This document shows, piece after piece, positions 1-10,549 of a DNA stretch of 64,000 bases. The notes below the pieces were generated by a model. It had not been told where the DNA came from and searched no databases. It saw nothing but the letters and a program-made list of their open reading frames with translations. A program made the position numbers and the translations under genes. The first letter of the stretch is position 1. Each line of letters opens with the position of its first letter. Source of the DNA: an uncultured delta proteobacterium (lineage in GTDB: Bacteria > Desulfobacterota > Binatia > UBA9968); contig CAWFJP010000017.1 of NCBI GenBank assembly GCA_963816145.1, forward strand, positions 64,001 to 128,000. The letters are read 5' to 3'.

Positions 1-35
1 ATCCCCAATCGAAACGGATTTTTGTCCTTAGGCAT

Positions 36-605
36 TTGCATGAACGGCTCGACAAAGTGACCGCCAAGGATATTATCGAGGTGGACGAATCGGGGCGCGC
101 GGTGAGCGGAAAACTTGAGCCGCCCAAAGAGGTGTTTCTGCACGCGGCCATCTACCGCAAACGGCAAGATGTCCATGCCGTCGTCTACTCGCATCCCCTC
201 TATTCGACGATTCTCGGCGTGCTCGGCAAACCGATCCTGCCGCTGCTTGCCAATTGCACGTTTATCAAGTCGGGCATTCGGCTCTTCGACGTGCCGCGAT
301 ACATCGGCTCCGCCGAGGTGGCCGAGCTCATGATCAAGGCACTCGACTCTTCGGTGGCCTTGTTGCTGCGCGGCAGCGGACTCGTGACCGTGGCGGAAAA
401 TATTCAGGAAGCGACGCTGTTATCCATCCTCATCGAAAAGTCGGCGAAGATCCAGTATATGGCTTCGGCGATCGGTGAGCCCAGGGCGATTGTTGCCGAC
501 GAAATGCCCGGCAAGTTCGGCAGTATGCCGACGCATTTTTTTGAATCCACCTGGGGCCATTATGTCTCGAAATCAAAACCGCCGGCACAGCGCGCTTCTG
601 CTTAG
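36..605 (+). CDS. Class II aldolase/adducin family protein (true start probably upstream of window)
   Basis: Motif 'HAAIYRKRQDVHAVVYSHP' and 'LLLRGSGLVTVA'; some metal-ligand His appear substituted. Confidence 0.8.
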   Translation: MHERLDKVTAKDIIEVDESGRAVSGKLEPPKEVFLHAAIYRKRQDVHAVVYSHPLYSTILGVLGKPILPLLANCTFIKSGIRLFDVPRYIGSAEVAELMIKALDSSVALLLRGSGLVTVAENIQEATLLSILIEKSAKIQYMASAIGEPRAIVADEMPGKFGSMPTHFFESTWGHYVSKSKPPAQRASA

Positions 606-1091
606 TTTGCGCGTCGACGCCGGGTGATTGCGAACTCAGGTTCGGGGCGAGTTATACGGTTTGAACTGACCCCGGACTCGATTCGGGGGGTTGAATGGCT
701 TGAACGTATTGAACCAGCCCCAGGGAGAGCAATGGTCCACAAGTTCGACACGATCGTAGCGAAGGCGAGCAAAGTGCATCACTGCAAGACCTGACCGCGG
801 CTTCCGGCCGTTTCGGGTTGCAGGGCCATGTTGAATCCGAATATAAATTTATCATTAACCCCGCCTCTTGAGGCGGACACAACTAAATGGGGGGTTCCAA
901 AAGGGGACGAGCATCCCCTTTGCAATATTGAAATTGGCGGCGGGGTTAAATCCCCGGCCGCGAAGTGGTTTCGTTGAATGATCGATTCGCTCGAAGCGCC
1001 TTCGGATTTGAGGCACTCTTAATCGTGGACCGCTTTCGTCCCGGAAGATCCGGTCCTGAAGGGCTAGGCATGATGACGCGAGGAGGATCTC

Positions 1092-2630
1092 ATGAACCGG
1101 AAAAAATCGGCAGTGACCCGGAGAGATTTTCTCAAGCAGAGCGCAGCCGTCGGTTTAGGGATGCTGGCCGGACGGCATCTTGTTGGATCGGCTTGGGCCG
1201 CCTCCAAAGAGCGTGTCACCATTCTCAGCTCCAGCGTCACCGATACGCTCAATCCCTACAATCATAGCGGCAGCCTCATCTATGGAATGTGGCAGCACAT
1301 CTTCGAGCCCTTGGTTGAGGTCACCTATAACCCGGTGCGCTACACCGGAGTCTTGGCCGAGTCATGGGAATTCCAGGGGAAGAACTGGGTCTTTCGCCTG
1401 CGCAAAGCCATTCGCTTTCACGACGGCGCTCCGTTTACCGCCAAGGACGTTATTTTTTCCGTCAACCGTATGAGGACGGACAAGAACAGCCTGCAAGGAA
1501 CCAACTTCAACGATGTTGTCGAGATGCAGGCTCCGGATGACTATACCGTGGTTTTTGTCTTGAAGCGGCCCAATGCGGTTTTTCTCGACCGAGTGGAAAA
1601 CCGCTTCATCGTCAGCAAAGCGGCCAACGATAAGTACGGCGACGAGATGGACCAACATGAGATCGGCACCGGCGCGTATAAGTTCGTGAGCTTTCAGCGC
1701 GGCGGCAATTTTGTCATGACGCGCAACGATGACTACTGGGGCGCGAAACCGGAGATCAAGGAAGTGATCTTCAAGAAGGTGACCGAGGACGCCGCGCGAG
1801 TCGCCGCGCTGGAATCGGGTCAGGCCGACGTTATCAACAATGTGCCGGTGCACGAAGTGGCGCGCTTGGAACGCAGTCCAAGGGCGAGAATAGAGAAGGT
1901 GGAAGGGCTCAGAATGTTCTTTCTCGTCTTGAACCCCGCGTTTAAGCCCTTCGACAACAAGCTCGTCCGTCAGGCGGTCAACTATTCGGTGGACGCGCCG
2001 GCGATCGTCAAGAATATCTTTGACGGCGGCGGCTATGTGCTCAACGGTCCAGTGGGCTCCAACGTCATCGGCTACGATCCGACTCACAAACGCTATCCCT
2101 ATGATCCGAAAAAATCGCGCGAACTTCTGGCCAAGGCAGGTTATCCCGGAGGTGTTGCCGTCAAGCTTTATTTATCCTCCGGCCGTTTCGCCCAGGATCG
2201 GGAAGCCTGCCAGGTGGTCGCCGCCCAGATGGAAAAGGGTGGATTCAAGGTCGAGGTAGTCTCACAGGAGTGGGCGATTTTCTGGGGCACCACCGGCGTC
2301 AACGGCGGCAAGCTGCCTTTTTACTACATCGGCAGAGGCAGCCTGGTCGACGCCGATACTCTTTACGACCAATATTTTCGCACCGGGACTTCCAAGCGAG
2401 TAGCCTACAGCAATCCCGAGTTCGATAAGCTGGTCGAAGAGGAACAGGCTACCGCGGATAACAAAAAACGTATTGCCGTCCTGCAGCAAGCCGGAAAAAT
2501 TCTCATGGAGGACGTGCCGTTCGTACCGCTCTACAATCTGGCGGATTTCTACGGCGCCGCGCGCAACATCCTCTGGAGCGCCCGGCCCGACGAAAAGATT
2601 TGCAGCTGGGACATGAAAATCAAATCGTGA
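1092..2630 (+). CDS. ABC transporter substrate-binding protein, family 5 (DppA/OppA-like), Tat-exported
   Basis: Tat motif TRRDFLK; 'LAESWE...FRLRK..RFHDG..FTAKDV.FS'; 'GTGAYKF'; AGGAGG RBS. Confidence 0.9.
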   Translation: MNRKKSAVTRRDFLKQSAAVGLGMLAGRHLVGSAWAASKERVTILSSSVTDTLNPYNHSGSLIYGMWQHIFEPLVEVTYNPVRYTGVLAESWEFQGKNWVFRLRKAIRFHDGAPFTAKDVIFSVNRMRTDKNSLQGTNFNDVVEMQAPDDYTVVFVLKRPNAVFLDRVENRFIVSKAANDKYGDEMDQHEIGTGAYKFVSFQRGGNFVMTRNDDYWGAKPEIKEVIFKKVTEDAARVAALESGQADVINNVPVHEVARLERSPRARIEKVEGLRMFFLVLNPAFKPFDNKLVRQAVNYSVDAPAIVKNIFDGGGYVLNGPVGSNVIGYDPTHKRYPYDPKKSRELLAKAGYPGGVAVKLYLSSGRFAQDREACQVVAAQMEKGGFKVEVVSQEWAIFWGTTGVNGGKLPFYYIGRGSLVDADTLYDQYFRTGTSKRVAYSNPEFDKLVEEEQATADNKKRIAVLQQAGKILMEDVPFVPLYNLADFYGAARNILWSARPDEKICSWDMKIKS

Positions 2631-2904
2631 AACCTATTACGTTTCGTGCCGGCTGTGAAAGCGTCGGAAAATGTCTGACGGCTGTAGCGAGATGCCCGAT
2701 AGTCTGCTGATCCGGGGTAGCAGAGAGACTGTTGACTAACAGCGTAGCTCCGCAAAATACAGATTCGATCACGAATGGAAAGCACCGGCTTAATTTATCG
2801 GATGTGCCAAGGAAGCTGGCTCCTAGCCAATCTCAAATGGCTCGTGACGTCACCTGCCAGAGTGCCTCCATTGTGGTTTCATTTATCTACAAGGTAACCA
2901 CAAT

Positions 2905-3231
2905 ATGAAAAAATCCATTGCATCACGAAGCCAGCAGCCGCGGCGCCCCAAGGCGGACGTTGGTAGACCGACCATTGGGATTCGTGAGCTGAAGGCCAAA
3001 GCGTCAGCGATTATCGACGACGTGAAGAGCCGCCGGGTTTGCTATGCGGTGACCAAACGTGGAACCGTCGAAGCGCTGATTGTTCCGGTGGATGCCGGCG
3101 AACGGCTGCTTGGACAGGCCGATGTCGATAGCGGCTGGGATGCTTGGCAGACGTTGGTCGAGCAGCTCACCAAAGAGTCAGGCAAGAGAACCCGCTCCGC
3201 CGCTGTTGAGCTTGACCAGATGAGACGCTAG
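2905..3231 (+). CDS. Phd/YefM family antitoxin
   Basis: 'IGIRELKAKASAIIDDV...YAVTKRG' Phd signature; directly upstream of a PIN gene. Confidence 0.8.
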   Translation: MKKSIASRSQQPRRPKADVGRPTIGIRELKAKASAIIDDVKSRRVCYAVTKRGTVEALIVPVDAGERLLGQADVDSGWDAWQTLVEQLTKESGKRTRSAAVELDQMRR

Positions 3232-3232
3232 C

Positions 3233-3670
3233 GTGCGCTTGATCACAATCGATTCGAGCGTTTTTGTCAGCGCAGCGCGGCAAGGCGAGGTCGGCAACGC
3301 CGAGAGCGTTCGTTTCTTGAGTTGGGTACGAAGGTTTCGCCCGCGTTTATTCTTGCCGACGCTGGTGATTGCAGAAGTCGCCGCCGCGCTTAGCCGAACG
3401 GGCAGTGCCGCCGGGCCGGCCCAGCAATATGCGCTGGCAATCGGGCAGCTGCCCCATACGGTTATGGTGGCCTTAGATGAAGGTTTGGCCCGTCAAGCGG
3501 CTGAGCTCGCCGCACGGCACAAGCTGCGCGGAGTGGATTCGGTGTTTCTGGCTTCGGCTGCTTTGTTTGCTGCTGAGTTGGTAACTTTGGATCGCCTGCA
3601 ACTGGAGCGCGGCTCAGCCATAGTGCCAACCCTTTCTCCGGCCGACTTCCTCATGTCCGACAAGTCGTGA
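3233..3670 (+). CDS. vapC: VapC/PIN-domain toxin
   Basis: 'ITIDSSV', 'AEV', 'LRGVDSV', 'LVTLD' PIN acidic residues; 1 nt after antitoxin stop. Confidence 0.85.
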   Translation: MRLITIDSSVFVSAARQGEVGNAESVRFLSWVRRFRPRLFLPTLVIAEVAAALSRTGSAAGPAQQYALAIGQLPHTVMVALDEGLARQAAELAARHKLRGVDSVFLASAALFAAELVTLDRLQLERGSAIVPTLSPADFLMSDKS

Positions 3671-3750
3671 TTGTAGTGTCAGTGAGTTTGTCCAGGTGCG
3701 AAACATAGTCCACGAATTACCCCGGGGGCCCACTACCAGCGGAGAAACCC

Positions 3751-4077
3751 ATGAATCGTAAACGTAAACCAGCGCCATCCCGTAGCCACGAAGAGGCGAC
3801 GGTGGAGAGTTTTCGCGGCGACCCGGCATTTGCGGCGGAGTATTTGAACGCCATCCTTGAAGACGGCGATCAAGACGAATTTATGCTCGCGTTACGCCGA
3901 AAGTCCGAAGCTTTTGGCGGCGTGCAGCAGCTCGCCCGGAACGCGAGATTGAAGGCGAATACGCTTTACCGCACGCTTTCGTCCAAAGGCGATCCGGAAT
4001 TGAAGAGCTTGCGGGTGGTTCTACGGGCCATGGGAATGCAGCGCACATTCCGTCCACTGCGGAAAAAGGTCGCCTGA
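3751..4077 (+). CDS. Putative addiction-module antidote (HI1420-like XRE HTH)
   Basis: 'AAEYLNAILEDGD...LALR...GGVQQLA...LYRTLSSKGDPELKSL..VL.AMG'. Confidence 0.8.
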   Translation: MNRKRKPAPSRSHEEATVESFRGDPAFAAEYLNAILEDGDQDEFMLALRRKSEAFGGVQQLARNARLKANTLYRTLSSKGDPELKSLRVVLRAMGMQRTFRPLRKKVA

Positions 4078-4178
4078 GTTAAGATTCCGAAGTCAAATTC
4101 TCACCGGATGTGTCCATGGGTCTGATCGTGATAAGGTGACGCTCATGCTTGCCAAGAGAAGATCCAGGGAGGGAGCCG

Positions 4179-5246
4179 ATGAAGTCTCGTTCCACGTTCG
4201 TGATCGTTGCCGCAATCGCCGCCATGATCGCCGCTAGTCCGGCGCAGGCCGCAGGCCTGAAACAGGTCGCCGAAATATCGATTCCCGGTGATCCGATCAC
4301 CGACATCGGCATTATGGACATCGACCAAACGACCGGTCTCGGCTATCTCGCCGACAAGACCAACAAATCGGTTGTCGTCTTCGATACCAAGACCGACAAA
4401 TTCGTCGCGCGCATAGCGGGCTTCGTCGGGCAGTTGAAGGATGGCAACGCCTCGGGACCGAATGGTGTTGCCGCCGTCGGCGCCGAAGTGTGGGTGAGCG
4501 ACGGCGACAGCACGATCAAGATGATCGATACCAAGACCGGCAAGATCACGGCGACGTTCGCCACCGGCGGAACCAAGCGCGCCAACGGCATGGCCTTGGG
4601 CGAAAACATCGGCGTCGTCATCGTCGCCAATTCGAACGACGATCCGCCGTTCTTGAGCTTGATCTCGACTGCGCCCGATCACAAAATCCTGGCGAAGATC
4701 CCGATTCCGCAGTCCGGCGAGAACCTGGAGCGCTCCGCGTATCACGCGCCCAGCGGCATGTTCTACACAGCCATCCCGGTCTCACGCGCCGACGCCACCA
4801 AGGGTTTGTTGGCGCAGACCGACGGCAAAAACGGCAAGCTCGTGAAGCTGCACGAACTCGCAGGGTGTCATCCGCATAGTCTCTCCATGGTCTCGGACGC
4901 GACCATTTTCCTCGGTTGCAGCAGCGCCCACGGCCAGTCGCCCAAGCCCGGCGGTGACATGGCGATTTTCGATATCGCGGCCGGCAAGGTGGAAACAATT
5001 CTCACGGGATACGGCGGCAACGGCGGCTCGACGGTGAATCGCAAACTCGGCCAGTACTACCATTCCACCTCGGCTGGAACCTTGATGGTGGTCGACATCA
5101 AGACGAAAAACGGCCTGCAACAAATTCCGACGTCCAATGGCGCGCGCTCGCTCGGCGTGAGTCTCGCCAACAATCGCGTCTATGTGGCCACGACAGCGAA
5201 GGAGTTGGCCTGCCGTGGATGCATCGTGGTGTATGCGCCGGAGTAA
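4179..5246 (+). CDS. Secreted YncE-like beta-propeller protein
   Basis: Signal peptide ending AQA; repeated beta-blade motifs (YLAD..NKSVVVFD, VWVSDGDSTIKMID, RVYVA); GGGAGG RBS before ATG 4179. Confidence 0.65.
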   Translation: MKSRSTFVIVAAIAAMIAASPAQAAGLKQVAEISIPGDPITDIGIMDIDQTTGLGYLADKTNKSVVVFDTKTDKFVARIAGFVGQLKDGNASGPNGVAAVGAEVWVSDGDSTIKMIDTKTGKITATFATGGTKRANGMALGENIGVVIVANSNDDPPFLSLISTAPDHKILAKIPIPQSGENLERSAYHAPSGMFYTAIPVSRADATKGLLAQTDGKNGKLVKLHELAGCHPHSLSMVSDATIFLGCSSAHGQSPKPGGDMAIFDIAAGKVETILTGYGGNGGSTVNRKLGQYYHSTSAGTLMVVDIKTKNGLQQIPTSNGARSLGVSLANNRVYVATTAKELACRGCIVVYAPE

Positions 5247-5556
5247 GGAAGACTACGAGCAGTGATTGCGGATTGTGTCTCTCAGAAATCAGACAGCAGA
5301 AAGGCGAAAAATCGAATTATGGAAACAAGTGTGAACGAGTCGAACAAAATAACTCAATACTCAGGCACGACCCCAATGCCCCGCCCTAAATTGACGGCTA
5401 AATGAGATTGACAGATCCCGGGACGTGTCGGTCAAAGGTTTGACCGCAAAACTGGGTTCCTGACAATGACTCTGAGGGATGAATCGCTTCGACGAGGAAC
5501 CGCGACAAGGCACAGGGGTAAAGGGAGAACGGGTAGCGCTGCTTGCCTCCAAGGCC

Positions 5557-5584
5557 TTGACAAACAACCCTCCGTACTTAAATT
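5557..5584 (+). promoter_or_regulatory. Possible sigma70 promoter upstream of htpG
   Basis: TTGACA-N16-TAAATT. Confidence 0.35.
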
Positions 5585-5821
5585 TTCGCGGAGTTCGGGG
5601 GCGCGAATGCGACCCCGCTTAGTAACAGGCATGGTTATGGAGGTACTGTTTGCCCCTTCTTATCGAATAGCCGGCGGTGTTGAAAGCTTTGCTGCGTATC
5701 GTCCGGGCGACGCTGGCGCCCCCAACGAGCCACAGCAACGGGTCGGCTTAATTCTGGTTCATATAGGCTAACTTCACTCCACGGCGCGTCCGACACAGCG
5801 CGCGCCTTTTCAGAATATTTT

Positions 5822-7729
5822 ATGACGACTGATACAACCCAAGAAACCCACGGCTTCCAGGCCGAAGTCAAACAACTCCTCAACCTGATGATTCACTCCT
5901 TGTATTCCAACAAGGAGATTTTTTTGCGCGAGCTGATTTCCAATGCCTCGGACGCGGCGGACAAGCTGCGTTTCGAAGCGCTTACCGACAACGCGCTGAT
6001 GGAAAACGATCCGGAGTTGAAAATCCGCGTCTCCTACGACCCGAAAGCGCGCACGGTGACCGTGACCGACAACGGCATCGGCATGTCGCGAGATGAAGTC
6101 ATCGCCAACATCGGCACCATCGCCAAATCCGGCACGCGCGAGTTTTTGACGAGTCTGACCGGCGACCAGCAAAAGGACGCCAACTTGATCGGCCAGTTCG
6201 GCGTGGGTTTTTATTCGTCCTTTGTGGTGGCCGACAAAGTGACCGTGGTGACGCGCCGCGCCGGGTTGACCAAAGAGCATGGCGTGCGCTGGGAATCCGA
6301 CGGCGGCGGCGAATACACGCTGGAAGTCGTCGAAAAAGAATCACGCGGCACCGAGGTCACGCTGCATTTGCGCGACGGCGAAGACGAGCTCGCCAACGGT
6401 AACCGGCTGCGCGGCATCATTCGCAAGTTCTCCGACCACATCACGCTGCCGATCGTGATGAAGGAAGAGGAATGGGACAAAGACAATTCGCGCTACCGCA
6501 CCACGGGAAAGGATCAAACCGTCAACCAGGCGAGCGCGTTGTGGGCGCGCTCGAAAAACGACATCACCGAAGAACAGTACCATGAGTTTTACAAGCATGT
6601 GGCGCACGACTTCGAAGCGCCCCTGGTTTACACTCACAACAAGGTCGAAGGCCGCAAGGAATACACGCAGCTCTTATATATCCCGGCGCGCGCGCCGTTC
6701 GATCTGTGGGACCGCGATCACCGGCGCGGCATCAAGCTCTACGTGCGGCGCGTGTTCATCATGGACGACGCCGAGCAATTGCTGCCAACCTATTTGCGCT
6801 TCGTGCGCGGCGTGATCGACTCGGCCGACCTGCCGCTCAATGTGTCGCGCGAAATCCTGCAGGAATCGAAAGACATCCAGGATATCCGCTCCGCCAACGT
6901 CAAGCGCGTGCTGTCGATGATCGAAGACCTCGCCGAGAAGGACAAGGAAAAATTTGCGACCTTCTGGAAGGAGTTCGGCAAAGTCATCAAAGAAGGCGTG
7001 GTGGAGGACTACGGCAACAGCGAGCGCATTGCCAAAGTGCTGCGCTTCGCGTCCACGCATACGGATACCGAGGCGCAGGAAGTCTCGCTCGCGGATTACG
7101 TTTCGCGCATGAAGCCCGAGCAGGAAAAAATCTATTACGTCACCGCGGAAACCTTTGCCGCCGCCAAGAACAGCCCGCACCTCGAAGTGTTTCGCAAAAA
7201 GGGCGTTGAAGTGCTGCTGATGTACGACCGTGTCGACGAATGGGTGACGCAGCATTTGATGGAGTTCGAAGGCAAAAAACTTCAGTCGGTGGCGAAAGGC
7301 CGTCTGGAATTGGGCAAGCTCGAAGACGAAGCCGAAAAAAAAGCCCAGGAAAAAGAAGAAAGCGAGTCCAAGCCCTTGCTCGAACGCATCAAAACATCCC
7401 TCGGCGAATCGGTCAAGGATGTGCGCGTGACGTTGCGGCTCACCGATTCACCGGCGTGTCTGGTGGCGGACGAGCATGACATGGGCGCGCACTACGAGCG
7501 GCTGCTCAAAGCCTCCGGCCAAAACCTGCCGGCGTCCAAGCCCATCCTTGAAATCAATCCGCAGCATCCCTTGGTGCTGCGTTTGAAGTATGAGCCCGAC
7601 GAGGCACGCTTTACCGATCTTGCCAAAGTGCTTTTCGATCAGTCGCTGCTCGCCGAAGGCGGCCAACTGGAAGACCCGGCCGGGTTTGTCAAGCGATTGA
7701 ATCAGTTGATGCTGGCTTTAGGTAACTGA
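5822..7729 (+). CDS. htpG: Molecular chaperone HtpG (Hsp90)
   Basis: '[33 protein letters not shown]', '[10 protein letters not shown]', '[11 protein letters not shown]', 'LEINP.HP'. Confidence 0.98.
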   Translation: MTTDTTQETHGFQAEVKQLLNLMIHSLYSNKEIFLRELISNASDAADKLRFEALTDNALMENDPELKIRVSYDPKARTVTVTDNGIGMSRDEVIANIGTIAKSGTREFLTSLTGDQQKDANLIGQFGVGFYSSFVVADKVTVVTRRAGLTKEHGVRWESDGGGEYTLEVVEKESRGTEVTLHLRDGEDELANGNRLRGIIRKFSDHITLPIVMKEEEWDKDNSRYRTTGKDQTVNQASALWARSKNDITEEQYHEFYKHVAHDFEAPLVYTHNKVEGRKEYTQLLYIPARAPFDLWDRDHRRGIKLYVRRVFIMDDAEQLLPTYLRFVRGVIDSADLPLNVSREILQESKDIQDIRSANVKRVLSMIEDLAEKDKEKFATFWKEFGKVIKEGVVEDYGNSERIAKVLRFASTHTDTEAQEVSLADYVSRMKPEQEKIYYVTAETFAAAKNSPHLEVFRKKGVEVLLMYDRVDEWVTQHLMEFEGKKLQSVAKGRLELGKLEDEAEKKAQEKEESESKPLLERIKTSLGESVKDVRVTLRLTDSPACLVADEHDMGAHYERLLKASGQNLPASKPILEINPQHPLVLRLKYEPDEARFTDLAKVLFDQSLLAEGGQLEDPAGFVKRLNQLMLALGN

Positions 7730-7868
7730 CTGGTGGTCGACACCAAACGATAAAGGGGTTGCAATAAATTCCGACGTCTAACGGCGCGCGCTCGCTTCAT
7801 CAAAATAGTTAAGTTGTAAAAGCCCGCGTCCGCTCGTTGGACCGATCGTCGGACCGAGACCGGGAGCA

Positions 7869-9392
7869 TCAGACCTTGTTCTTGGCGGGGGTCTCGGATC
7901 CGGCCGGCTTCCGCGACCGCGTCGACGCGCGCGCTGGGGGCTTCTTCGGGATCGCCTTTCGCGGCACACGCGCTGCCACAGGCGCGGCGGCCGCGACGCG
8001 GGCGCGCGGACGTCTTGGCTTGGTACGACCGGGGGGCTCGGCGGTCGTGTCGGTCGGCATCGGCTCGTCATTGAACCGATCCTCCTCGGCCCGCTCTTCC
8101 AGCTCGAATCGGTCGACAGCGTCGACGGGTTGCGTATCCAGCATGCCTAGGCGCCCGGCTTCCATCACTTCTTGGGATGGGGCGATTGCGGGCGACGGGC
8201 CGGTCTGCTGCAACGCCGGCCCCTTAAGCACGCGCAGGCCGCCTCGACGATCCCGCTCGAGTCGCACGAGGCCCTCGCGCTGACACGCGCGCAACAGATC
8301 GATCAGCCCCATGAAACCGTATCGGCGCTCGTCGAAGCCGCCCCGGGTGGCTCGTAAGAGCTGCTTGACGTTGCGCAAGTACATCGGCCACCGTGCCGCT
8401 GTAGCAGCGGTCAGGATCTGGCCCACCAGACGGACCCCGTCAGCCTGATCGCCCTTCGGGACGACGGGTGCCTCGATCGGGGCGAGCTGAGACACCTCCT
8501 CCACGGCCTCGGCCAACACCGCCCGCGGCTCGGTCTCTGCCTCGGGCGCAGCCGCGCGACCCTCGTCGCGCGTCTCTGCGACGGCGACGGGCCGGCTCGC
8601 CACGACCGCGGTCGAAGACTCGCTCTCGTCGAACTTCTCGTTGAGCTCGACCATGACGCTTCGACCGGTGTGCTTGAGCTGGGCGAGACCCGATTGCGCG
8701 AGCTTCTCGACGAAATCGAGGAATGACGACGCACCATAAGTCCGCTCGGAGAAAGTCGAGTCGAGCTGGAGCAGCGTGCTCTTGAGCAGGCCGATCTGCG
8801 GCGAGACTTCCCGCTCGGACAGAATTTTCAGCGCGCGTCGCACGATGGGGAAGGCCTGCGCGATGGGCGCGGTGGCGGCGGACGTCACCGGGCGGTCGCC
8901 CTTGGCGACCGAGCGGCGGCCGCGCGTCAGGTTCTCATAGGCGATGAACTCGTGGCAGTTGCGCTGGAGGATGGTGCTGGTGAACGCCCTGCCACCGACG
9001 ACGAAAACTTTCTTGTCGTATTGCTTGAGCTTCTCGACCAGCGAGAGGAAGTCGCTGTCGCCGCCAACGATCACGTACGCGTTGATATGCGGGTGCGTGA
9101 AGGCCATTTCGAGGGCATCGAGCGCCAGATTGATGTCGGCGCCGTTCTTGTCGCCGCCGGGCGTCAAGTTGCGCTGCACCAGGCGGATGGCGTGTTGGGT
9201 GAGGTGGCGACTGTACTCGCCCGCGCGCGTCCAGTCGGCGTAAGCGATCTTGGTGACCACCTCGCCGCGCTCCTTCAAGGCGTCGAGGATGGCGCCGACG
9301 TCGAAATTCTCACCAAGCGTCGATTTGACGCCAATCTCGATGTTGTCGAAGTCGATGAACACAGCGATGTTAAGACGGTCCTGATGGGGCAA
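7869..9392 (-). CDS. NYN (LabA/DUF88) nuclease domain protein with two LOTUS/OST-HTH domains and a basic tail
   Basis: 'AVFIDFDNI', 'KNGADI.LALDA', 'GGDSDF..LV.KL'; LOTUS motifs 'FSERTYGASSF' and 'FDERRYGFMGL'. Confidence 0.85.
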   Translation of the reverse strand: MPHQDRLNIAVFIDFDNIEIGVKSTLGENFDVGAILDALKERGEVVTKIAYADWTRAGEYSRHLTQHAIRLVQRNLTPGGDKNGADINLALDALEMAFTHPHINAYVIVGGDSDFLSLVEKLKQYDKKVFVVGGRAFTSTILQRNCHEFIAYENLTRGRRSVAKGDRPVTSAATAPIAQAFPIVRRALKILSEREVSPQIGLLKSTLLQLDSTFSERTYGASSFLDFVEKLAQSGLAQLKHTGRSVMVELNEKFDESESSTAVVASRPVAVAETRDEGRAAAPEAETEPRAVLAEAVEEVSQLAPIEAPVVPKGDQADGVRLVGQILTAATAARWPMYLRNVKQLLRATRGGFDERRYGFMGLIDLLRACQREGLVRLERDRRGGLRVLKGPALQQTGPSPAIAPSQEVMEAGRLGMLDTQPVDAVDRFELEERAEEDRFNDEPMPTDTTAEPPGRTKPRRPRARVAAAAPVAARVPRKAIPKKPPARASTRSRKPAGSETPAKNKV

Positions 9393-9827
9393 TGGAATTT
9401 CCTTTCGAGCTTCTACTCTATGCCGAGAGCGGCGCGGGCGCTTCGGTAGGGGGCAGAATCACACGCGTGAACCGGCCCCGCTGCATGATCTCTCCGCCCT
9501 TTCCGCCGCTCCCGGTCGGTCACCCGGTGCCATCTATCGGAACTTTGAGCCACTTGGCTTATGACTGGAGATTTATCGCTCGACAAGAGAGAATTCAATC
9601 ATCAAAGAATTGACTGGAATTCGCGGAAAAAGTCACGCGGTCCGGCCGCGACTTCGAAGTGCAGGACGCTGCCGAGTTCGAGTTTACAACGCTCCAATCT
9701 TGAAAGTGGTTAGTGCTCATCTCGTTTGAAGATGAAGCGTCCTTGGCGATGACAGTGGGCGAAGAATCAAATATCAAACGACCAAAGCCTGACACCATGC
9801 CCGTGCGCTGACAGAGTGTTCCAGATT

Positions 9828-9850
9828 TGCTGCGATACTAGACCTGACCC
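9828..9850 (-). repeat. GGGTC(A/G)GGTCTAG-type repeat; left border of defence island, inverted relative to 16816-16838
   Basis: Reverse complement gggtcaggtctagtatcgcagca matches gggtcgggtctagcatcgtagca at 20/23. Confidence 0.7.
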
Positions 9851-10198
9851 TAGGCGCTTTCCGGGCGGCGCTGCGGTCGGAGGGGGCGCGAAGTGTTCCA
9901 GATCGCATCGCTCGCTCTGGCAAACGGTTGTCGCCCGTCCCCAAAAGGGCGCCGAACTTTATTTTGGCACCTGAAAAATTCCGAATCCGCGAAGTCGGGC
10001 TAGTAGAGCATAAATAGCGAGCGCGCCTGCAGAGGTTGGGTTTCGTGCTCGACTTTATCTAGGTTTGTCCGAGGCCAGTCTCGTTGGTTCCCGTCAAGAA
10101 AAGACCCCTTATTCTGCTTCGACCATCTTGACGCAACGCATCACAGCTACATATATCTAGCATTGGCAATAAACCTTTATATATTAATATCTTATAAA

Positions 10199-10252
10199 AT
10201 GTTCCCTAAATACATCGATATATTTGACTTAGAATAGGGAACATATTATATT
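10199..10252 (+). promoter_or_regulatory. sigma70 promoter (TTGACT-N17-TATATT) of higB with 10-bp operator inverted repeat; likely leaderless mRNA
   Basis: -35 at 10224-10229, -10 at 10247-10252, ATG at 10258; ATGTTCCCTA (10199) / TAGGGAACAT (10235) perfect IR. Confidence 0.7.
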
Positions 10253-10257
10253 AGGCA

Positions 10258-10548
10258 ATGCGGATCGTCGCAAAGAAGACTCTGCGCGAATTTTGGGAGC
10301 GCTGTCCGGACGCTGAAGATCCCCTCTTGGCGTGGTTTCGCGAAGTTGAAAAGGAAGATTGGAGCAAGCCGTCGCAGGTAAAAGATAAATATAGAAGTGC
10401 AAGTTTTGTCGGGGATCGCATTGTGTTCAATATCAAAGGAAATGATTACAGGCTCGTTGTGAAAATAAATTATCCGTACCGGGTTGTTTATGTGCGTTTC
10501 ATCGGCACGCATAAAGAATACGATGAGATCGACGTTGAGGAGGTGTGA
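10258..10548 (+). CDS. higB: HigB family mRNA interferase toxin
   Basis: 'MRIVAKKTLREFW...W..P..VK..Y..AS.VG.RIVFNIKGN.YRLVV.I.Y....VY.RFIGTH.EYD.I'. Confidence 0.92.
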   Translation: MRIVAKKTLREFWERCPDAEDPLLAWFREVEKEDWSKPSQVKDKYRSASFVGDRIVFNIKGNDYRLVVKINYPYRVVYVRFIGTHKEYDEIDVEEV

Positions 10549-10549
10549 G

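Noticed and set aside
5360-5821. CIRCE or riboswitch upstream of htpG
   Set aside because: No TTAGCACTC-N9-GAGTGCTAA and no recognisable riboswitch core, only a small GC hairpin.
10484-10549. Extended N-terminus of the HigA fusion
   Set aside because: It overlaps higB; the ATG at 10550 has a strong RBS and matches the family start.
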